The position numbers and the translations under genes are program-made. From Promethearchaeota archaeon Loki_b31 (lineage in GTDB: Archaea > Asgardarchaeota > Lokiarchaeia > Sigyniarchaeales > SOKP01): 21,208 nucleotides of DNA. Below the pieces are notes generated by a model. It was not told where the DNA came from, made no database searches, and saw only the letters and a list, made by a program, of their open reading frames with translations. The stretch spans positions 1-21,208 of the forward strand of contig NJBI01000053.1 of assembly GCA_005222975.1 (NCBI GenBank), in the 5' to 3' direction. Shown here piece by piece: positions 1 to 7,147 of this stretch. The stretch's first letter is position 1, and the number at the start of each line of letters is the position of its first letter.

Positions 1-168
1 AGGCGTCTACTGCCAAATTAAGAATCCATCCCCCCCTACTTTTTTCTTCAAAGTCTTTAAATTCATTAATGTCGTTAGTTATATTAAGAAAAACTTTTTT
101 TTTGATACTTAACTTGTAAACTTAAGATTTTAATAAAATTAATTAAAAAACATTAAATGATATGATAT

Positions 169-1308
169 ATGAATAAGTTCGAAAAAGCTCAAAAAGTACT
201 TCATGAACTGAAGAGCGATGGTTGGTTAATTGTTTGTAGCGAAGACAGCGATGTTAATTCTCGATTTCTAATAGGTGTTGAATCTCACGCCCGACACTAC
301 ATCTATGTGGCAAAAGATGGGAAACATAAAGTGCTTGCCGTAGAAATGGAAGCACCTATGATTGAGCGTTCTTTAAAAAGCAGAGGAATTGATGTTGATG
401 TAATAGCCTATAGAACTATAAAGGATTTAGTTTCATCGTTAAGTTCAATAATTAATAAACCGCGTATAGCTCTTAATTTTGGGGAAAGTATTTTAAGCGC
501 GGAAAGTACGGTATATGCGGACTATATTCGTGCTGGAGATTATTTTTCGTTGAAAAAGTTGGCTCCTCAAACGGAGTTTATTTCAGCAGCACCTATAATT
601 GTTAATTTAAGGAGCGTTAAATCTTCAGAGGAATTAAATGACTTGCGGAATGTGTGTAAAGCAACTATAGAAATCTTAAATGCGATACCGGATTGGGTTA
701 AAGTTGGTATGACGGAAAAAGAAATCAAAGCAAAAATAGAATACGAATATATGAAGTTAGGAAAACCATCATTTGGAGCGATTGTTGCAACCGGAGCTCA
801 TTCGGCCGATCCTCACCACAACACATCCATGAAAAAAATTGAACAAGGAGTTTTATTAATAGATACTGGACTACAAATTGATGAGATGTGTTCTGACATA
901 ACTTGGACATTTTGGGTCGGTAAACATCCTACGGAAGAATTTATTCACGCATATCACGCTCTTTATGAATCTAAACAAGTGGCAAATAAATACTTTACTG
1001 ACGGTACCCCAAACAATATGTCCGCTAAAAAATGTCGCGAATATTTATCAGAAGAGGGCTACGATCATGAAAAACTATTTATCCATGGATTAGGGCATGC
1101 GTTAGGTTTTGAAGCGCATGACATTGGAGGAAGAATAAGTTGGAAAATGCTTGACAAATATAAACTTAAAGAAAATATGGTATACACTAACGAACCAGGT
1201 TTATACTGGTTAGGTAAGTGGGGAATAAGATTAGAAGACGATATAATAATTGGTAAAAATGAATGCGAGCAAGTTACTTCTGTCTCAAAAGAACCAATTC
1301 AAATATAA
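169..1308 (+). CDS. Xaa-Pro aminopeptidase/prolidase (peptidase M24B family)
   Basis: 379-aa ORF with pita-bread fold metal ligands in order: LIDTG...CSDIT, HGLGH, TNEPG, IRLEDD. Also has the 'LRSVKS..EL' linker and DPHH motif. Confidence 0.93.
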   Translation: MNKFEKAQKVLHELKSDGWLIVCSEDSDVNSRFLIGVESHARHYIYVAKDGKHKVLAVEMEAPMIERSLKSRGIDVDVIAYRTIKDLVSSLSSIINKPRIALNFGESILSAESTVYADYIRAGDYFSLKKLAPQTEFISAAPIIVNLRSVKSSEELNDLRNVCKATIEILNAIPDWVKVGMTEKEIKAKIEYEYMKLGKPSFGAIVATGAHSADPHHNTSMKKIEQGVLLIDTGLQIDEMCSDITWTFWVGKHPTEEFIHAYHALYESKQVANKYFTDGTPNNMSAKKCREYLSEEGYDHEKLFIHGLGHALGFEAHDIGGRISWKMLDKYKLKENMVYTNEPGLYWLGKWGIRLEDDIIIGKNECEQVTSVSKEPIQI

Positions 1309-1322
1309 TTAAAAGAAAAGCT

Positions 1323-2630
1323 TTATAATTTTATAGAGAATGGAAAATCTTTTGTTTCTTCTATTTTGTTTTGATCAGAGTCCATAAATTTTATATTTAT
1401 TTTAATTATGTAGTCTCCTGCTTCAATGGGTTTTAGACTAATTTCCCATTTTAAATCTTCATTCGTCTTCAACGAAAAGATCTGTTTTTTCGTGGTACCC
1501 CTCATAACTTTCAAATCTTCAGGAAATTCGACATCAATTTTTATATCTAACGCTTCTCCTACGCCTTTATTCTCAACCACAATTTCTAAGGGAAATGTTT
1601 GACCAATAAGAGGAGGTCTTAAGTTCTTAATCGATGTGTTTAATGTGGTAGGAGGAGAAATTAGATGTGGTTTTATCGATTGAGTTTCATAAATAAATAT
1701 CAAATTATTATTTAACTCACACGTTAAAAACATAGGACCTATTCTTGGATTATCGACTTGAAAATGTGGTTTAAAGGTGAACTCTAAGTGCGATTGTTTT
1801 CCAACTTCAATTCGGAAGGGAGCTTTTGGTTTTTTACTAATAGACAAATTATCTGAGAGATTTATCAATATTTTTGTTATATTGAATTCTTCTAATTCAT
1901 AATATAAAAAAGAGTCTTTTAAAATTTGTAAGAGGTTTGAAGTATCAAAACCCAAATTCAAATTTATAATTTCTTTAGTCGTGTATGTTCCTTTATCTAA
2001 TTTAAATGTGGTGTTTATTAAAAGCTTAAATTTTGTTAATAGTAATACGTTCTTTAACAATTTTAATTCAGCATCTCTAAATTTATAACGCCCAACATTA
2101 TTTTTAATTTTATCGAGATATTTTGGATCGTCATCTCTTAGCGCTATTGTTAGTTCAGAAACGAGCTTTATTAGAGAATGTTCTTTAAAATATTCTTTAT
2201 CAACTCTTTTTTTAGTTCTTTTTATAAAATCTAAACCCTCATCAGGAGAACCTTTAACAAACGAGCATAAATTCGATAATACCGAAAATATTACGAAATT
2301 TGAATTCCTATCGCTTTTATTTTTCAATTTAGGAATATAGTTAATGACCTCTTTATAAATTTGGTTAGCTTCTACAAACTTACTATTATGTAGACAAGCC
2401 TCTCCAGATTGTCTTAATAACTCTATACTAGTGTTAAATTTCTCTAATATTATAAACGCTTTTGCACCATTAATGAAACAGACTTTTGCTTTTTCAAATT
2501 CATTTAACTTAAGATACGAATTTCCCGCTACATGGTACTTATTACCAGCTTTTTTAAATTGTCTAGCTTTAAACAGTTGCTCAGCTCTTAAAAATTGATT
2601 TTCGGCAACTAATCTTTGGTCCTTTCCCAT
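1323..2630 (-). CDS. Hypothetical protein: N-terminal TPR/alpha-SNAP-like helical repeats plus C-terminal Ig-like beta-sandwich domain(s)
   Basis: 435-aa ORF. The N-terminus has helical-repeat patterning (AEQLFKARQFKKAGNKYHVAGNSYLKLNEFEKAKVCF). The C-terminus has a CARDB/DUF11/BatD-like strand pattern (GQTFPLEIVVENKG...FPEDLKV...LKPIEAGDYII). Domain calls are by eye. Confidence 0.65.
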   Translation of the reverse strand: MGKDQRLVAENQFLRAEQLFKARQFKKAGNKYHVAGNSYLKLNEFEKAKVCFINGAKAFIILEKFNTSIELLRQSGEACLHNSKFVEANQIYKEVINYIPKLKNKSDRNSNFVIFSVLSNLCSFVKGSPDEGLDFIKRTKKRVDKEYFKEHSLIKLVSELTIALRDDDPKYLDKIKNNVGRYKFRDAELKLLKNVLLLTKFKLLINTTFKLDKGTYTTKEIINLNLGFDTSNLLQILKDSFLYYELEEFNITKILINLSDNLSISKKPKAPFRIEVGKQSHLEFTFKPHFQVDNPRIGPMFLTCELNNNLIFIYETQSIKPHLISPPTTLNTSIKNLRPPLIGQTFPLEIVVENKGVGEALDIKIDVEFPEDLKVMRGTTKKQIFSLKTNEDLKWEISLKPIEAGDYIIKINIKFMDSDQNKIEETKDFPFSIKL

Positions 2631-2744
2631 TAAAAATCACATTTTAAAATCCCATTTAAAAATCACTATTATTATTATAAATTCATTGTGAAATTAAAAA
2701 TTAAGTGAATAGTCTGAATTATCTATTATTATCTTACAAATAAT

Positions 2745-2769
2745 AAAAAATTAAAAAAATTAAAAAAAA
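2745..2769 (-). terminator. Probable archaeal oligo-U terminator region downstream of the hdrA-mvhD operon
   Basis: Three consecutive T6-T8 runs on the minus strand downstream of mvhD. T-runs are common in this AT-rich DNA, so support is weak. Confidence 0.4.
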
Positions 2770-2921
2770 GATTTATAATTGTGGATTAAAAAGCCATTAG
2801 GATAAGGATAAAGGTCACCATAATAATTGTTCCGCTAACACCACCTGGTGTCACCCATGTAAATATTACAAATTATTTATTTGGAATAAATAATAAAAAA
2901 TTATTATAGGAATAATAATTT

Positions 2922-2987
2922 CCGAAACCATAGCTAATGGTTCGTCATCTTGCGACTAATATTTTCTCGCAAGAGTCATTCCTTCGG
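2922..2987 (-). promoter_or_regulatory. Eukaryote-like (Loki-type) SECIS element in the 3' UTR of hdrA-mvhD
   Basis: Minus-strand RNA reads CCGAA-GGA-AUGAC-UCUUGCGA-GAAAAUAUUAG-UCGCAAGA-UGAC-GA-ACCAU-UAGCU-AUGGU-UUCGG. It has an AUGA/GA tandem G.A core (2979-2976 and 2946-2945), a perfect 8-bp upper helix (2974-2967 with 2955-2948), an 11-nt apical loop containing AAAA, and a lower helix CCGAA/UUCGG. It lies directly after genes with four in-frame TGAs. Confidence 0.9.
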
Positions 2988-2988
2988 T

Positions 2989-3462
2989 TTAATTTTTCTT
3001 TTGTTTTTCTTTTGAATCTTTTTTGTTCTTTTCGGAACGCAGAGATTCTTTAATTGGATTGCTGCCTAAATTTTCGATTATTTCTGAGATTCTGGTGACT
3101 TCTTCTTGAAATTTTTGACCTTCAGCTGCGCTACAATGAAACATTTGGATTCTATCAGGGGAAACACCCGTAGTTTTTAAAATTTCTCTCGCATACTTCA
3201 CATTTTTTGCAGCTACTAAATTACCCGTTTCATAATCGCATTCTCCTTCGTATCATCCAGCAACAATTACTCCGTCGGCACCCTTCCCAATCGCGCGCAT
3301 CATAAGTGAAGGCGTTACGCGTCCAGTACAGTTGATTCTTATAGGTCTAATCGTAGAAGGGTATTGAGCGCGTATCGTACCAGCCATATCTCCAGCACCA
3401 TAACCTCATTTCCAGCACATAAATGCTAAAATCTTTATTTGGTCTTTATCGTTTGTCGCCAC
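2989..3462 (-). CDS. mvhD: Selenocysteine-containing hydrogenase iron-sulfur subunit D (MvhD/VhuD/FlpD family), 157 aa, Sec at residues 19 and 70
   Basis: Manual translation from GTG at 3462 gives MATNDKDQIKILAFMCWK*GYGAGDMAGTIRAQYPSTIRPIRINCTGRVTPSLMMRAIGKGADGVIVAG*YEGECDYETGN, in frame with the 2989..3201 ORF. TGA at 3408-3406 and 3255-3253 replace Cys in the MvhD motifs CxxC and GADGVxVxGC..G.C. SD GAGGTG is at 3474-3469. Confidence 0.95.
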
Positions 3463-3468
3463 TTCTTA

Positions 3469-3474
3469 CACCTC
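3469..3474 (-). promoter_or_regulatory. Shine-Dalgarno site (GAGGTG) for mvhD
   Basis: GAGGTG in the 13-nt gap between the hdrA TAG and the mvhD GTG, 6 nt upstream of the start. Confidence 0.75.
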
Positions 3475-3475
3475 T

Positions 3476-5449
3476 CTATATCTCTTCTAAAATAGCATCG
3501 ATTTGTTTTTCATATTGAGGTTCACGGTAGTATCTTAGCGTAATCGCCTCAGAAGGACAATTGGCTAAGCATGAACCGCATCCACGGCATAATATCTCGT
3601 TTACTTCTGCTCCGTCAGCTAAAGTCTTAATCGCATCGTAAGGACAATTTAATTCACACAGTCCACACTTCGCACATCTATCTTTGTCTACAGTAGCTCG
3701 AATTAATAAAATCCTATATTTATCCTTCCACATCAATCGTGCTAAAGAAGATGCTGCTGCTCTCCCTTGAGCTATTGATTCAGCTATAGATTTAGGGCTT
3801 TGAGAAGCTCCTGCAAGTACGATACCCGGAATTTTTGTGTCAATTGGATTTAATCGAGAGTGAAATTCCTTGAAGAATCCATCTTGGCTCGTTTCAAGCT
3901 TTAAGATTCTTCTAATTTTTTCTACTCCCTTTGCGGGCACCATAGCACACGATAGAACCACCATATCGTACTCAACTTCTTTTAATCTTGTGCTACTAAG
4001 TGTGTTTTGGATAATTATTTTAAGATTTTGAGTTTCTGGGTCTTCTTGAATTTTTGAGACATTAGTTCTAATGTATCTAATACCTTCTTTTCGTGATGCG
4101 GTGTAATACTCTTCATAATCTTTTCCAGAGGCTCGAATATCTATGTAGGCAACAGAGATTTCCATTTCAGGATAGTGTTGTTTTATAAGTTTAGTATTTT
4201 TAATTGAAATCATACAACATACTCCGGCACTGCAATAAGTATTCATGTTTAAATCTCTCGACCCGACACATTGAATAAATAGTACTTTTTCAGGTTTTTT
4301 TCCGTCAGAAGGGCGAACTAGATGTCCAACAGTTGGTCCGTTAGGTGCAAGCATCCTTTCTAACTTCATTTGGGTTATTACATTTGGATAAACATTGTAA
4401 CCTAAATAACCCGTTTCTGGTTCGTACTCGTCCCATCCTGTAGCTACTATTATTGAGCCAACTTCAACATCTACAATTTCATCTTCTTGATCAAAATCAA
4501 TTGCTTTAACTTCACAAACACCTTTGCACAATTCACATTTAATGCATCTCGTCATATCAATTTGGGCTATCGAGGGTACGGCTTGAGCAAAGGAAACGTA
4601 AATTGCTTTTCTCGGGTTCATTCCTTCGTTAAATTCGTCGTATCCGTAAGCGGGACACACATCAAAGCAAGCACCGCAGCCATTGCAGTCGTTATTAACA
4701 TACCTTGCCCTTTTACGGATTTTAACATTGAAGTTTCCAACAAATCCAGAAACATCTTCCACTTCACTATAAGTATATACATTTAACCCTGGAGTTCTTG
4801 CTGCTTCGAGCATAACAGGACCAAGGATTCATATACTGCAATCGTCAGTGGGAAATGTTCGGTCTAACATAGCCATTTTTCCTCCAGTTGTCGGATTTTT
4901 CTCAACCAAATGGACTTCAAAACCTTCTTCAGCCAAATCTATTCCTGCTGATAATCCTGCTACGCCACCACCAATAATTAAGGCTTTCTTAGTGATATCT
5001 ACCTCTTTGACTAATATTTTTTCTAAAACCCTAGCCCTAGCAACACCAGACCGAATAACATCCTCAGCGGTTCTTTGTGCCCCTGGTTTATCTTGTCTGT
5101 GGACAAAACTCGCGTGTTCTCGTATGTTAACGAATTCCAAGTAAGAAGGGTCCAAACCCATAGATTCTAGTACGCTTTTAAAAACAGGTTCGTGAGTTTT
5201 TGGGGTGCAAGATACCATAACTAACCTATTAGCGTTGCTCTCGATCATTTTTTCTTTAATGAATTCGGCTCCGGGTTGTGTGCACATTGCTAAGTAATCT
5301 AAAGCTTCAACTACATTTGGAAGCGTTTTTGAAAATTCTGATAGAGCTTTTGTATCGATTATTTCGGCAATATTAATACCTCATTGGCATACTGCCACGA
5401 AGATTCTTGGTTCATCATTTGTAATTTTAGTTTCTATAGTTTCTACCAT
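3476..5449 (-). CDS. hdrA: Selenocysteine-containing heterodisulfide reductase subunit A (FAD, Fe-S), 657 aa, Sec at residues 23 and 207
   Basis: ORF-track pieces 4829..5287 and 3476..4813 share one frame and join through TGA 4831-4829 (LDRTFPTDDCSI*ILGPVM). The frame extends upstream through TGA 5383-5381 (EPRIFVAVCQ*GINIA, compare HdrA CxCGxNI) to ATG 5449. It contains GGGVAG (FAD), ferredoxin-type CxxCxxC motifs, QCVGSRD and YCSxxCC. Confidence 0.96.
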
Positions 5450-5600
5450 TGCATATCATTCCTTTTGTTCCTTTTTGTTAGTTTCCTCCAATAATTTGTA
5501 ATAATTATTATTATGAATCTAAATATTTTATTCTAATTTAAAATAACTGATTAAAAAAATTAACTTTAAATCAAAAATCTTTTATGTGTTTTTTAAGTAA

Positions 5601-6083
5601 TTGAATAAAAAAAGTTCGATTAAATCAAATTTAAATAGAACTTCTACGGTTATTGAGATAGAGATGTTATTAAATTTATTACAAATGGGAGGGTTTCTAG
5701 ATGAGGTGATTTTGCTTCTAAGCCTTATGGCTGCTTTTGCGGGTGGAGATATCTTGTTATTAAAGTTCGGGTTAGCAATAACTAAAGCTCGAGAAAGAAC
5801 AAGAATGAAATGGGTGGCGGTAAGTTTTCTAATTCAATTTGGAGTAATTTTTCTTATTAGTTCTCCCTTGTTTTTGTTAGGATTCTCAGGGGAGTTCGAT
5901 GGAGCCCCCGGAGTAATCATCCCAATAATAATACTTTGTACTTTTATTGACTTAAACGTAATTAATGTCATACATCAAGTTGGCCTTAAACGTTCGTTAG
6001 TCGTAGTATTGATAATAATCCTTCCAATCGTCTTTATTATGGTTAATATGGGATTCGTTCTCTCAATGTCCACAAGATTTTAA
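5601..6083 (+). CDS. Hypothetical integral membrane protein (about 4 TM helices); true start probably a downstream ATG
   Basis: 160-aa ORF with about four hydrophobic stretches, filling the gap between hdrA and pyrF. The first ~20 codons look like AT-rich upstream sequence. Confidence 0.7.
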   Translation: MNKKSSIKSNLNRTSTVIEIEMLLNLLQMGGFLDEVILLLSLMAAFAGGDILLLKFGLAITKARERTRMKWVAVSFLIQFGVIFLISSPLFLLGFSGEFDGAPGVIIPIIILCTFIDLNVINVIHQVGLKRSLVVVLIIILPIVFIMVNMGFVLSMSTRF

Positions 6084-6093
6084 TAATTTACTT

Positions 6094-7014
6094 TCACAAA
6101 TTAACTTCTTTGTTAATTTTTTTGTTCATGTCAATGATTTCGTCTCTCGCAGCTTCACCAAATCTGTCTGCGGGGTATTTTTCATTTTTAAAATAAGCAT
6201 ATGTTATTCCCCTTGACGAGTTAACTATCCCCCCTAACCCGTTTTCATTAAAGCCACTTTTTATATCTCTTGCTGCAGCACCTTGAGCTCCAAAACCAGG
6301 CATTAATATATAGGAATTTTTGACTATTTTCCTTATTGTTTTTAATTCTTGTGGGTAAGTTGCTCCTACTACTACTCCCAAATTATGAAAATTAGAAATT
6401 TGTTCAAGGTTTTGCCCCCACTTAGAAACTAGTTTTGCCATGTGGATATAATTTCTTTCCAGTGTTATATGATCTACGATAACTTCAACATCAGAGTCGG
6501 GAACATTAAGGATCCTAGCGCTAAAGATATCTTGAAAATCTTTACTACTAGGGTTTGAAGTTTTTACTAGGATAAATAGACCTTTCTCTTTATAACTTAA
6601 ATAAGGTTTAATCCCATCAAATCCAAGGTATGCGATTATTGTACAAGCGTCAGCATTATAAACTTTAAACGTGGAATACGCGTACGCTTCCGAAGTTGAA
6701 CCAATATCGTTACGCTTTGAATCTAAAATGACAAGTAAATCTTTTTTATGGGCGTATTTTATCGTTTCTTTCAACGCTGTTAACGCCTCATATTTCTCGT
6801 AAAATGCGATCTGCGGTTTTACAACGGGGATTAAATCAGATGTATGATCAATAAGATTTTTGTTAAATTCTAGAATTATTTTACTCGGATCTTTTAACTC
6901 ATCTATTAAATACTTAGGAATTTCGCCTTGCTTATCCATCCGGGGATCAAGTCCCATACAAACTACGCTTTTCTTATCCTTTATAGACTGAATTAATCGT
7001 TCAATAAAATGCAT
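6094..7014 (-). CDS. pyrF: Orotidine-5'-phosphate decarboxylase (long, subfamily-2 type)
   Basis: VCMGLDP, VKPQIAFYE, the catalytic DxKxxDIxxT (LDSKRNDIGST), VKTSNP, VVGATYP, LMPGFGAQG and VNSSRGI motifs. Confidence 0.96.
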   Translation of the reverse strand: MHFIERLIQSIKDKKSVVCMGLDPRMDKQGEIPKYLIDELKDPSKIILEFNKNLIDHTSDLIPVVKPQIAFYEKYEALTALKETIKYAHKKDLLVILDSKRNDIGSTSEAYAYSTFKVYNADACTIIAYLGFDGIKPYLSYKEKGLFILVKTSNPSSKDFQDIFSARILNVPDSDVEVIVDHITLERNYIHMAKLVSKWGQNLEQISNFHNLGVVVGATYPQELKTIRKIVKNSYILMPGFGAQGAAARDIKSGFNENGLGGIVNSSRGITYAYFKNEKYPADRFGEAARDEIIDMNKKINKEVNL

Positions 7015-7147
7015 ATCTTAATTTGGGAACCTTTTGATTTTTTTAAATAATATTGGCAATACAATTGGTAATTATTGGCAATGGATTCATTAATTAACTT
7101 TCTTATTTTAAAATTTATTATATTCCAAAAATATAAAAGATTTTTTT

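Noticed and set aside
1-121. Open minus-strand frame running off the left edge (…NEFKDFEEKSRGGWILNLAVDA)
   Set aside because: It may be the start of a divergent gene, but it is too short, has no clear start codon and shows no recognisable motif.
2760-2858. Minus-strand mini-ORF MGDTRWC-(TAG)-RNNYYGDLYPYPNGFLIHNYKSFF as a pyrrolysine or amber read-through peptide
   Set aside because: No SD, no recognisable homology and no pyl genes in the window. The length is compatible with chance.
4487-5144. Plus-strand ORFs 4487..4786 and 4848..5144
   Set aside because: Antisense shadows of hdrA with no motifs.
2989-5449. hdrA/mvhD as pseudogenes, or as three separate small genes as in the ORF track
   Set aside because: All four interruptions are TGA, in frame, at Cys columns, with no frameshifts and a SECIS downstream. 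Random decay would not give this pattern.
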